Assembly: GCA_016930415.1 (NCBI GenBank)
Contig: JAFGGS010000022.1
Coordinates: 16,930 to 80,929, forward strand
Source of the DNA: Candidatus Woesearchaeota archaeon
GTDB taxonomy: Archaea > Nanobdellota > Nanobdellia > Woesearchaeales > SM23-78
Length of the DNA: 64,000 bases
Direction of reading: 5' to 3'
Positions 9,864 to 18,436 of this stretch are shown here, piece by piece. Both the position numbers and the translations under genes were made by a program. The notes below the pieces were generated by a model. The model was not told where the DNA came from. It saw only the letters and a list, made by a program, of their open reading frames with translations, and did no database searches. Position 1 is the stretch's first letter; each line of letters starts with the position of its first letter.

Positions 9864-11126
9864 ATGGTGGTTGCAGGAGCGTCTGAGGAGTCTGTGAGGC
9901 GTTTGTTTGGGTCGGTGGCGAAGGGTGTCCGGCCTAGGAATGCTTCTCTTCCTGAGGCTGACAGGATGATCCGGTCTGTTAATTCTCTTCTTAAGAAGGC
10001 GAGGCTTAAGGCAGTGTGCGTGGCTGGCGGGAGCTATGCTAAGGGCACCGCTCTCAAAGATAATTTTGACGTTGACTTGTTTGTCAGGTTTGATTATTCT
10101 TACAAGAACGAGGATATCTCTGCCCTGCTTGCTCGAGCAATCTCTTCCCTTAAGCCTGAGATTGTCCATGGCAGTAGGGATTACTTCCAGATCAAGAAGG
10201 GAAAGCTCCTCTTCGAGGTCATACCTGTGCTTAGGATCGATGATTATAGGTCTGCCTTGAACGTGACTGACATGAGCCCTCTTCACGTGGTCTATATTGA
10301 GAAGCGCATGAAAAACAAGCCTGCTCTTCGGGACGAGGTGAGGCTTGCTAAGCAGTTCTGCAAGGGAATAAGGGTTTATGGTGCTGAAAGCTATATCCGG
10401 GGTTTTTCTGGCCACGTCCTTGAACTCTTGATAGTCTATTATGGTTCTTTTGAGCAGCTCTTGAAGCAGGCGGCTCTTTGGGGTGAGCGCGTCGTGATCG
10501 ATATCGAGCATCACTGGAAGGATCCCTTGCGGGAGCTCAACTATGCAAAGACCATATCTCCCTTGGTGATTGTTGACCCGATCCAGCCTGACAGGAACGC
10601 TGCTGCTGCCGTCTCTAAGGAGACGTTTGACTGCTTGAGGGTTCAGGCCAGGCGTTTCTTGGAGTCGCCGTCTGGTTCTTTCTTCAAGGTGAGAAAGCTT
10701 AGCATCCCGCTTGTGAAGAAGAGGGCTGGCAAGGATTGGCTGGTCTTGGTCAAGGCGGTTCCCTTGAAGGGCAAGGATGATATCATGGGCAGCAAGGTGC
10801 TCAAGGTCCACGAGCACTTCCAGATGGCTTTGAGGAAGCACGAGTTCAAGCTGCTCGAGGCTGGCTGGGAGTATGCTCCTGTCTGCACGCTTTATTACAT
10901 CATCAAGAAGGAGAGGTTCTCTGACAAGTTGCTCATCACCGGTCCTCCTGTTAAGGTCAGGCCTAATGCTGATCAGTTCAGGGAGAAGCATAAGAGCGCT
11001 TTTGAGAATAGGGGACGATTGTTCGCTGAGGAGAAGAGGCTCTTCAAGGTTCCGGGGCAGCTTCTCAAGGCGTTGTTCAAAGAGGGTCACATTAAGGATA
11101 AGGTCAAGAGGATTTCCTTGCTTTAG
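9864..11126 (+). CDS. cca: archaeal class I CCA-adding tRNA nucleotidyltransferase
   Basis: GGSYAKGTALKDNFDVDLFV NTase motif and RGFSGHVLELLIVYYG typical of archaeal CCA enzymes; 420 aa. Confidence 0.85.
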   Translation: MVVAGASEESVRRLFGSVAKGVRPRNASLPEADRMIRSVNSLLKKARLKAVCVAGGSYAKGTALKDNFDVDLFVRFDYSYKNEDISALLARAISSLKPEIVHGSRDYFQIKKGKLLFEVIPVLRIDDYRSALNVTDMSPLHVVYIEKRMKNKPALRDEVRLAKQFCKGIRVYGAESYIRGFSGHVLELLIVYYGSFEQLLKQAALWGERVVIDIEHHWKDPLRELNYAKTISPLVIVDPIQPDRNAAAAVSKETFDCLRVQARRFLESPSGSFFKVRKLSIPLVKKRAGKDWLVLVKAVPLKGKDDIMGSKVLKVHEHFQMALRKHEFKLLEAGWEYAPVCTLYYIIKKERFSDKLLITGPPVKVRPNADQFREKHKSAFENRGRLFAEEKRLFKVPGQLLKALFKEGHIKDKVKRISLL

Positions 11127-11845
11127 AGTCTCTTCTTTGCTTTTTGTTTCTTAGAACTAGAACTGTTGTTGATTGCTTTCGTCGTCGCTTTGGCGGCTTT
11201 CTTTTGCTCTTGGAGGTCTTTGTAGTACTTGTATGCCTCTATCGCGACTGGTAGTAGTGAGATGCTTATTATTATCAGGATGAATATTGAGAAGTTGTTC
11301 TTTATGATAGGGATGTTGCCGAAGAAGTATCCTCCGAACAGGAACAGGCCGACCCATGCGAGGCCCCCGATTATGTTGTATGCTAGGAACCGTGGGTATT
11401 TCATCGCTCCCACTCCTGCTAGGAATGGGGCGAAGGTCCTTATTATGGGCACGAATCTTGCGATGATTATGGTCTTGCCGCCGTACTTGTCGAAGAATTC
11501 TTTGGTCCTGTCTAGGGCTCGCCTGTCGAGCCACTTGTAGTTTGTTCTGAAGACCTTTGGGCCGATGTAGTGGCCGACTGCGTAATTGAGGCTGTCTCCT
11601 AGGATTGCTGCGAGCGCTAGGAGCGTGAATATCAGCCAGAGGTTGAAGGTCCCTATCGCTGAGAACGTGCCGACGGCGAAGAGCAGCGAGTCTCCTGGCA
11701 GGTAGGGTGCTATCACGACTCCAGTCTCTAAGAACAGGATCGTGAATAGGATTGCGTAGCTCCAGCCTCCAAACATCTGGATCATCGTGGATAGGTGCTC
11801 ATCCAGATGGAGTATGATGTCGAAAAAAAGGGTTATGATGTTCAT
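11123..11845 (-). CDS. DedA/SNARE-associated family membrane protein with Lys-rich tail
   Basis: ILFLETGVVIAPYLPGDSLLFAVG motif of DedA family. Confidence 0.75.
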   Translation of the reverse strand: MNIITLFFDIILHLDEHLSTMIQMFGGWSYAILFTILFLETGVVIAPYLPGDSLLFAVGTFSAIGTFNLWLIFTLLALAAILGDSLNYAVGHYIGPKVFRTNYKWLDRRALDRTKEFFDKYGGKTIIIARFVPIIRTFAPFLAGVGAMKYPRFLAYNIIGGLAWVGLFLFGGYFFGNIPIIKNNFSIFILIIISISLLPVAIEAYKYYKDLQEQKKAAKATTKAINNSSSSKKQKAKKRL

Positions 11846-11891
11846 CTTGATTTTTTCTCTCTGTCTTTCTCCTTCTTGAGTGAGGCCTGTT

Positions 11892-12431
11892 TTATAATGT
11901 TTGCTCTTTTGGTATTCTTGGCAGTATCCATCCTTGGAAGTCTATTAGGTATATTCTGTCTTCTTCACGGTTCCAGATTGAGTTGTGTAGGCCAAGGTCT
12001 AGCGGCGCAACAAAGAGGTCTCTTACTTTCTCTATTTCTCGATTGTACATCTTCCTTGCGTGCTTTCGTTCCTGCCAAGGCGTGTTTGTTCCTGCGTTTA
12101 TGCTGAATACCAGGTCGTCCAGGACGACTCCTTCTATGTAGTCCATCACGAAGGCAGGGTATGCTCTGCTGCTAAAGCCTCTTGGCCAGGTAACTCCTTG
12201 TGTGTCTGATGATAATGTTATTAGTTCTATTCCGTGAGGTCTTGGGACTGATATGCCGTTTTCGTACAGGAATCTTCCCATCCTATACTCTCTTTTTGTC
12301 TTCTTTCCTGTGCTGGATGGTATTTCTCTTGCTATTGTTTTCTCGAACTTTGCCACTTTGTCTTTTCCTAGGCGGTATATGAATCCGTCGGAGCCTTCCG
12401 CGATGAATGTGATTTGCCTTTCTGATATCAT
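11892..12431 (-). CDS. hypothetical protein, small atypical kinase-like fold (Bud32/RIO-like?)
   Basis: Gly-rich GSDGFIYRLGKDKVAKFEK, VMDYIEG hinge-like, IDFQGW DFG-like motif; canonical catalytic Asp not obvious. Confidence 0.3.
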   Translation of the reverse strand: MISERQITFIAEGSDGFIYRLGKDKVAKFEKTIAREIPSSTGKKTKREYRMGRFLYENGISVPRPHGIELITLSSDTQGVTWPRGFSSRAYPAFVMDYIEGVVLDDLVFSINAGTNTPWQERKHARKMYNREIEKVRDLFVAPLDLGLHNSIWNREEDRIYLIDFQGWILPRIPKEQTL

Positions 12432-12846
12432 CTTGTTCTTTTTGGCGTCTTGCCTGTCATTTAAATATTGTGTTTAGTAACTACTCTCTAAGAGTATCAA
12501 AACCGAAAGCTTTAAATATAAGTACCACCATACGATAGTTACAAAATGGTTTTGGGGGTTTGCTTCATGTAAGCCCTCCTTTGGGGGACCAGCGCAGGAG
12601 AGGTCGGTTAATTTCTCTACAAACTCACCTCACCCACCCTTTTAACCCATAACGCCCTCCTGCGCCCCACCAACCATTTTTGTATCATTCTTAGCAAGGA
12701 AAAACAAGAAAAATCCGTGCTAGGAAGAGAACTGCCGATCCAAGGCGTTTTCAAAAGCATTTTCAACTGTTCAAGAAAAACTTTTTAAGAGGCTGCCAAT
12801 GGCTGCCAATTAATGACCCGGACTTAAATGATGAGAGCAAGCTAAG

Positions 12847-13650
12847 ATGGCAAGAAAAAACCAGGCACGAGGAGACAAGAGAACAAGAGCGCACCCACCG
12901 CTAGACCAGCATGTCGAGAGGCTAGCTGGATTCAGCACCGGCTGCCTCTACCACGCCCACTCAACCCTTAATGCCTCATTCCATAAGGCAGAAGGGCTCT
13001 TTAAGAAGGTTGGAGCAGACCTGATCGAGCTTCACTTCGCGACCCTCGGAGAAGTCAGGGCTTTTCAAGAATCAGACTCAGTCAGGATAGAGTACGGTCA
13101 CTTCAGCAAGGTCTATCTGCATGCCCCTTCAAAAGAGGTCTTCCACAGCAATCTCGTCGGATGGGAGACTTTGGGAAGGATGCAGGCCTTGGCACTCCAG
13201 CGCTCTATATCTGGAGTGATAGTCCACCCTGACCCATATCTCGACTATTCCATGCTAAGGAACAGCCACCTCCCCTTCCTCTTCGAGAATACAGACCTGA
13301 ACAGGCAAGGAGGGACCTCTCTTAAGGATATCAAGAGAATAAAAAAAGAGATATCCCAGTCTCCGCACCTGGGTTTTGCCTTCAACGCCCAACACGCATA
13401 CGCCCACGACCGGTCTGGAAAGCTAGGGCTTGAGATGATAGCTGCAATGGGCGACCGGCTTAAGGTCATGCACGTGAGCGGCCAGCCAGAGCCAGGCTCA
13501 GGCAGGAGCCATGGCTTAGCATATGATGCCAACAATAAGGCCATCATAAGAGGATTCATGGATTATAGGCCAGACCTTCCAAGGATAGGGATCGGCTATG
13601 CGAAGAACCTAAGAGATATCCAGGCCGAGCTGGACTTTCTGAGGCGCTAA
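12847..13650 (+). CDS. hypothetical protein (possible TIM-barrel sugar-phosphate isomerase/epimerase-like)
   Basis: 267-aa ORF with normal coding composition; weak resemblance only. Confidence 0.35.
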   Translation: MARKNQARGDKRTRAHPPLDQHVERLAGFSTGCLYHAHSTLNASFHKAEGLFKKVGADLIELHFATLGEVRAFQESDSVRIEYGHFSKVYLHAPSKEVFHSNLVGWETLGRMQALALQRSISGVIVHPDPYLDYSMLRNSHLPFLFENTDLNRQGGTSLKDIKRIKKEISQSPHLGFAFNAQHAYAHDRSGKLGLEMIAAMGDRLKVMHVSGQPEPGSGRSHGLAYDANNKAIIRGFMDYRPDLPRIGIGYAKNLRDIQAELDFLRR

Positions 13651-13698
13651 AGGCCTTCGACGCCAAGTTTTATAAAGGAAAACAGACAACTTCTACCT

Positions 13699-14277
13699 AT
13701 GCAAATGGATATTCATGAGGCAAAAGAGCTATTGAAAGCCTGGGCAGTGACGGCCCTTGCCTTCGGCATCCTGATATGGACTAGGGAGAACACCTTGCTC
13801 TTCAGCGTAGTCATGGCGGCCTTCACAGTGGGTCTCGGCTTCATCCTGCACGAGCTAGCCCATAAAGGCGTTGCAAACGCGTTTGGCAAGCGCTCAGAGT
13901 TCCGCGCCAACAACAGGATGCTCATACTGATGATCCTGATGAGCTTCCTAGGGTTCATATTCGCGGCTCCAGGCGCCGTCTGGACTCATGGCATGGTCTC
14001 AAAGAGGCAAAACGGCATGATAGCAGCAGCAGGTCCCCTAGCAAACATCCTCCTCGCAGCCCTCTTCATCCCCCTAGTCTTCATAATGCCTAAGATAGCT
14101 TATTATGGCGTGATGATAAACGCCCTCCTTGGCTTATTCAACCTCATCCCCATACCTGGCTTTGACGGCGTGAGCGTGGTCGAGTGGAGCAAGACAGCCT
14201 ACATCTCCTTGGCAGCCCTTGCGGTCTTCATGATGATGATGAGCATCGCCCTGCCCAACTTCGTGGCCATAGGCTAG
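13699..14277 (+). CDS. membrane zinc metalloprotease, M50 (site-2 protease)-like
   Basis: HELAH (HExxH) in a TM segment plus NLIPIPGFDG resembling the S2P LDG motif. Confidence 0.6.
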   Translation: MQMDIHEAKELLKAWAVTALAFGILIWTRENTLLFSVVMAAFTVGLGFILHELAHKGVANAFGKRSEFRANNRMLILMILMSFLGFIFAAPGAVWTHGMVSKRQNGMIAAAGPLANILLAALFIPLVFIMPKIAYYGVMINALLGLFNLIPIPGFDGVSVVEWSKTAYISLAALAVFMMMMSIALPNFVAIG

Positions 14278-14332
14278 CGATAGCAGGCTATAAGCTGCTC
14301 TTTGATCGATTTATACTCGGTGGTGACTTGAT

Positions 14333-14479
14333 ATGAAATGTGACTTGTGCGGAAGCAGGATCGAGACAACCTTTTTAAATAAACCAGTAGGCACCTACGT
14401 CAAGAACGAGAAAGGCAAGAAGAAACTCGTCTGCAGCCACTGCCAGCGAAGCGGCAGGATAAAAGAAGTCAAGCAGTGA
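14333..14479 (+). CDS. small zinc-ribbon protein (48 aa)
   Basis: MKCDLCGS...CSHCQRSG: two CxxC pairs; below ORF-track size cutoff. Confidence 0.4.
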   Translation: MKCDLCGSRIETTFLNKPVGTYVKNEKGKKKLVCSHCQRSGRIKEVKQ

Positions 14480-14512
14480 ACAAGGAAAGCCTTTCAAAAA
14501 ATTTATTTTTGC

Positions 14513-14628
14513 GCCTCTGTAGCATAGTGGTGGTGCGGCTGACTCGTAAGCAAAACATTGTTTTTGAATCTCGAAAACTTTGTTTTCAAGAAATCAGCAG
14601 GTCGGGAGTTCAAATCTCCCCAGAGGCT
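14513..14628 (+). tRNA. tRNA-Thr(CGU) with 44-nt intron at canonical 37/38 position (intron 14549..14592)
   Basis: Acceptor GCCTCTG/CAGAGGC, D-arm GCAT-AGTGGTG-GTGC, anticodon stem GCTGA/TCAGC with loop CT-CGT-A|A, T-arm GGGAG-TTCAAAT-CTCCC, discriminator T; CCA not encoded. Confidence 0.8.
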
Positions 14629-14721
14629 TCATATTCAGAGGGACAAATCCTCAATTAGAGCAAATAGCTTTTTTTAAAACTAATAGTAAACAATATAAAC
14701 CGATTAAACTATCTTTATCTA

Positions 14722-15453
14722 ATGAAACTTAAGAATAAGGTTGCACTAATTACAGGGGCTAGCAGAGGCATCGGGAGAGCGACTGCCTTGCTGTTTGCTA
14801 AAGAAGGTGCAAATATTATTGTTAATTATTTTAAAGCAGAAAACGAAGCCAATTCTGTTGTTCAAGATATTAAAAAGATGGGTGCTGACGCAATCACAAT
14901 TAAGTGTGATGTTTCCAAAGAGAATGAAGTCAAACAAATGGTAGATAAGGCAATTAAAAAATTTGGTAAAATAGATATTCTCGTTAATAATGCAGGTATA
15001 GTTTTTGACGTGCCATTTAAAGACAGGACTGTTGAACATTGGAAAAGAACTTTAGATGTTAATCTTATAGGTGCGTTTATTTGTGCTAAACATGTTACTT
15101 CGCACATGAAAAAAGGGCATATTGTTAATATTGCCTCAACTAATGGAATTAATGCTTGCAGTCCTGAATCTATGGATTATGATGCTTCAAAGGCAGGATT
15201 AATTAGCTTGACTAAAACCCTCGCACAGGCATTAGCACCAAATGTTATGGTAAATTGTGTAGCGCCTGGCTGGGTGGATACGGATATAAATAAAGATTTA
15301 CCAAAAGATTATGTGAAGTCAGAAACACAAAATATTTTATTGAAAAGATTTGGCAAACCTGAAGAAATTGCAAAGACAGTCTTGTTCTTAGTATCAGATG
15401 ATGCAAGTTTTATAACTGGAACAACAGTTGTGGTTGCTGGCGGATATCAATAA
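14722..15453 (+). CDS. fabG: SDR family oxidoreductase, FabG (3-oxoacyl-ACP reductase)-like; low-GC, probably horizontally acquired
   Basis: TGASRGIGRA cofactor motif, NNAG, catalytic Y-x3-K (YDASKAG); gene is about 36% GC versus about 52% for surroundings. Confidence 0.8.
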   Translation: MKLKNKVALITGASRGIGRATALLFAKEGANIIVNYFKAENEANSVVQDIKKMGADAITIKCDVSKENEVKQMVDKAIKKFGKIDILVNNAGIVFDVPFKDRTVEHWKRTLDVNLIGAFICAKHVTSHMKKGHIVNIASTNGINACSPESMDYDASKAGLISLTKTLAQALAPNVMVNCVAPGWVDTDINKDLPKDYVKSETQNILLKRFGKPEEIAKTVLFLVSDDASFITGTTVVVAGGYQ

Positions 15454-15667
15454 CACTACGTTATTTTCTGGATTTATCCTCAATAGAAACCGTAGTTTTT
15501 ATAAGTGCCAGCCGCCTATTAAGGGCTAAAGCCTTAAAATCGGAGGGTCAGAAGTTTAGGGGCTTTTTACGCTGCCGGGGTTAAGCCGTTAGGAGGCTGT
15601 TAATTTTATCTTCTTCTGACGTCATCCTAGAATTCTAGCAGGGGGTGCTCTCTTTATCTATTTTTAT

Positions 15668-16246
15668 CTATTCGTTGAGTCTCCTGAATAAGTCTGTTGG
15701 GAGATAAAGCCTTACATTTCCTGGTTTCCATCGGAACCATCCCTTGACAGTGTCCTTCCTGTAGGGCGCGACTAGTGTGCCGTTGTAGGATTCCATCTGG
15801 AGAAACACTCTGCATGGCGGGATCGCTCTGCTCTTGTATCCGATCTCTTCTCTCAGTTCAAAGAAGATCTTTTCATAATCAGTGCTTCCTATGCATGATT
15901 CCAGGTGCCCTGTGCGTGTGGTTATGGATCCTATTGCTCGTTCCTCTGTGCTGTCTAGCAGGGAGAAGAGCCCTCTGAAGTTTCTTTCGCATAATATCTG
16001 GTATGTTGTTGTCTTGTTTGGATTGACGCTCACGTCTTCAATCACGCTTGATGGTTCCTTGGTCTCTTCTATGGGCAAGAAAGTTATGATTTCTTCTGTT
16101 CTCTCCGACAACTCTCTTTCCAGCTTCCCAAGGTTAATCCATTTCAGGCCGTTGTTTTCCATCGGGTCAAGAAATCCCTTTCGCTTTATATGCTTTGCTT
16201 TTCCAGAGTGGTGAATCGCGCTCGCGTCTTTGCGTTGAAACAACAA
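15668..16246 (-). CDS. hypothetical protein
   Basis: 192-aa ORF, no recognisable motif. Confidence 0.35.
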   Translation of the reverse strand: MLFQRKDASAIHHSGKAKHIKRKGFLDPMENNGLKWINLGKLERELSERTEEIITFLPIEETKEPSSVIEDVSVNPNKTTTYQILCERNFRGLFSLLDSTEERAIGSITTRTGHLESCIGSTDYEKIFFELREEIGYKSRAIPPCRVFLQMESYNGTLVAPYRKDTVKGWFRWKPGNVRLYLPTDLFRRLNE

Positions 16247-16280
16247 AAAATAGTTTTGTGCTTTCTAGATGTCGGCAGCC

Positions 16281-16568
16281 TTATTGCTGTCCTTCTGTGC
16301 TTGTATTTTCCTGCGTCAGGTATTCGCTCACTGCGCTCTTGACTTTCTCAGTCAGCCGATCGCCCGCGTTCTTTCGCAGGAGGAAGGTTGCTCCTAGGCT
16401 TGTCAGGTAGACTACTCCTGCTGCTACTGCCATCTTCTTGCTGTGCTCAGGGTTTGCCCTGTAGCTTCTCATGATGTTCTCAAGGCTCCAGCCAGTCATT
16501 ATGCCTGCTGCTGCTGGCCCTGTCATCCTCTTGTATCCTATGCTTTGCTCTTCGCTCATGTTCTTCAT
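16281..16568 (-). CDS. small Gly/Ala-rich hypothetical protein (paralog of next gene)
   Basis: IGYK...GPAAAGIMTG...NP... pattern shared with 16588..16908 product. Confidence 0.35.
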   Translation of the reverse strand: MKNMSEEQSIGYKRMTGPAAAGIMTGWSLENIMRSYRANPEHSKKMAVAAGVVYLTSLGATFLLRKNAGDRLTEKVKSAVSEYLTQENTSTEGQQ

Positions 16569-16587
16569 CCCCCTTCTTCATCCTTTC

Positions 16588-16908
16588 CTATTGCTTCTTT
16601 GTCTTCTGTTCCTGGTCTCCCCTGCAGTAGTTGCTTATCAGCTTCATCGCAAGGTATCCTAGCGTTGCGCCTATCCCTGTGCTAAAGAGCCTCTCTCCTA
16701 TTGTGTAGGGTTTTCCTGCTTGCTTGCTCACGTATTTCCCTGCTTGGTGGCCTGCGACTCCTCCGACCGCGGCTCCAGTGTATTTCATGGTCTCCTCAGT
16801 CCTGTCCTCAAGGCTTAGGTTTGGGTTCCTGGCCGCGTTCTTCTCTGCTCTGCTCTTTGCGATCCCGCCTATTAGGGCTGCCGCTAATGCGCTTGATTTA
16901 TATCCCAT
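16588..16908 (-). CDS. small glycine-zipper-like hypothetical protein
   Basis: MGYKSSALAAALIGGIAK...GAAVGGVAGHQAGK...GIGATLGYLAMKL glycine-zipper-like segments. Confidence 0.35.
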   Translation of the reverse strand: MGYKSSALAAALIGGIAKSRAEKNAARNPNLSLEDRTEETMKYTGAAVGGVAGHQAGKYVSKQAGKPYTIGERLFSTGIGATLGYLAMKLISNYCRGDQEQKTKKQ

Positions 16909-16926
16909 CTTCTTCTACCTCCGTCT

Positions 16927-17223
16927 TTATTTCCTAGGGTCTGGCATTCCTATTGTTCTCCTGAGAATGGTGTATGCGACTATCTCGGTGGCTTCGATTC
17001 CTAGCTCTTCGACCGCGTTTCTTGGGTTTCCAATGAGTCTCTTGCTTCCTCGTTTGATCGCTTGGTAGATAGGGTCTTGTGGGTCTCCTATGTATTCTTT
17101 CTTGGCTTCCCTTAGCAGTTCTCCGCTGACGTATCCTATCAGGCTTTTCACTGAGAAGCTTCTGCTCGCGTTCTCTTCCACCAGTTCGCTGATGTCTTGT
17201 CCTGGCATCTGTCGGTCCCCCAT
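16927..17223 (-). CDS. small hypothetical protein
   Basis: 98-aa ORF co-directional with two preceding small genes. Confidence 0.3.
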   Translation of the reverse strand: MGDRQMPGQDISELVEENASRSFSVKSLIGYVSGELLREAKKEYIGDPQDPIYQAIKRGSKRLIGNPRNAVEELGIEATEIVAYTILRRTIGMPDPRK

Positions 17224-17380
17224 TCTTTTTTTTCTAGAATGGGTTTGGTTCGGGTGTTTAAAATATCCACCGACGACAAAACCGGAGAAAAAACAAAGAT
17301 GTTGAAAGAAAGAATAGGTTGTTTGCAGGAACAGGACCTGATTCCGGATTTATTTCCAGAATTACAGCGTTAGAATAGTG

Positions 17381-18100
17381 CTATCTCTTGCTTGAAAGCG
17401 CCAATACATCCGTTATGTTGCACATTGAGACTCGCATCTCTGCAGCGTCATCAAAACCGATCCGAGGACAAGCCGTGTTGACCCACGCCTCTACGAAGTT
17501 GAAGTCTTCGAGATTGCGTGGATCTAATGTCTCTGTAGCGAAGAAGTAGAACTCCTTGTCAGGATAAGCGTCCTTGAGTTTCTTGGCGACCTTGAACTGT
17601 TCCTGGCCGGGCTTGACAGATATCACGACACCGATGCACTTGGAAGCCAGTACCTTGGTGAGGTTGCCCTTGTATTTCTTGAGGATGGGCTCGCACTCCT
17701 CAAGACCCATGATCGACACCTTGTCGGCTACTGGGTCGTACCTGATTATCTCTTTGAAGCTCTCCTCGTCCTTCTGCGCCAGTACCAACGCCCTAGGGTG
17801 GAAGTTGCCGTCTCCGATGTATAAGAACGCGTCCGGATCCTCTTCCAGCCTGAGGGCTGCCTTGTAGCTCACGCATCCAAGCATCTGATACTTCTCATTC
17901 GCCCGGCAAGGCTTAGAACTGATTACATCAACTCCGATACTCTCCAGCTGCTTGAGGATTGGTTCTAGTAGGTGGGTGAACTGGACGCTGGCGTAGAGTG
18001 CGATCTTCTTGTGACCTTTGCTTTTCACGTAATCCAACATGTCGGGGCTCAAGGAAATGCTCTTCCCAGTAAACTTCGCCTTTATAAGCATAGTGTCCAT
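17381..18100 (-). CDS. dph2: Dph2 (2-(3-amino-3-carboxypropyl)histidine synthase) C-terminal part, domains 2 and 3
   Basis: Starts MDTMLIKAKF... (ATG 18098-18100) 1 nt after the stop of upstream ORF; contains the domain-2 (SKPCRANE..LGCVSY) and domain-3 (VNTACPRIGFDD) Cys regions of archaeal Dph2. Confidence 0.6.
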   Translation of the reverse strand: MDTMLIKAKFTGKSISLSPDMLDYVKSKGHKKIALYASVQFTHLLEPILKQLESIGVDVISSKPCRANEKYQMLGCVSYKAALRLEEDPDAFLYIGDGNFHPRALVLAQKDEESFKEIIRYDPVADKVSIMGLEECEPILKKYKGNLTKVLASKCIGVVISVKPGQEQFKVAKKLKDAYPDKEFYFFATETLDPRNLEDFNFVEAWVNTACPRIGFDDAAEMRVSMCNITDVLALSSKR

Positions 18101-18101
18101 A

Positions 18102-18380
18102 TTATTCCTCTCCGTTCCAACCGTTCTCTTTAAGGTACTGGTTATGGCCCCACTGCACCAGGAAGTCCACACCTAGCTGTTTCAATCCTTGAGGAACGTC
18201 GCATCCGCCATAACAGCTGCCCATCCAGATCAGCACTTCGGCAGAAGTCTCCTTCCTGATAGAATCGACTATCTCCTTTGCCTTTGGCTTCAAGCCGTCA
18301 GGCAGTTGGATCAAGACAGTCTTATGCCTCTTCTCCTTAATCCTCGCGATCACGCGGGAGAGCTCTAAGTCGTACATCAT
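18102..18380 (-). CDS. dph2: Dph2 N-terminal part, domain 1 (split gene or frameshift)
   Basis: KTVLIQLPDGLKPKAKEIV...WMGSCYGGCDV matches Dph2 domain 1 including the first cluster Cys; ends with TAA at 18102-18104. Confidence 0.6.
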   Translation of the reverse strand: MMYDLELSRVIARIKEKRHKTVLIQLPDGLKPKAKEIVDSIRKETSAEVLIWMGSCYGGCDVPQGLKQLGVDFLVQWGHNQYLKENGWNGEE

Positions 18381-18436
18381 GCCTTGACGTAAAAGAACTC
18401 TCTTTTTAATGTTTTTTGGCCTTATGGCTGTTTGAC

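Noticed and set aside
9834-11090. 418-aa minus-strand ORF antisense to cca
   Set aside because: Overlaps the clearly recognisable CCA-adding enzyme; Leu/Arg/Pro-rich antisense artefact
12815-12846. AUGAUGA C-box-like motif suggesting a C/D box sRNA
   Set aside because: No appropriately spaced D box (CUGA); motif merges into the start of gene 12847
14476-14658. 60-aa ORF
   Set aside because: Covers the tRNA-Thr gene
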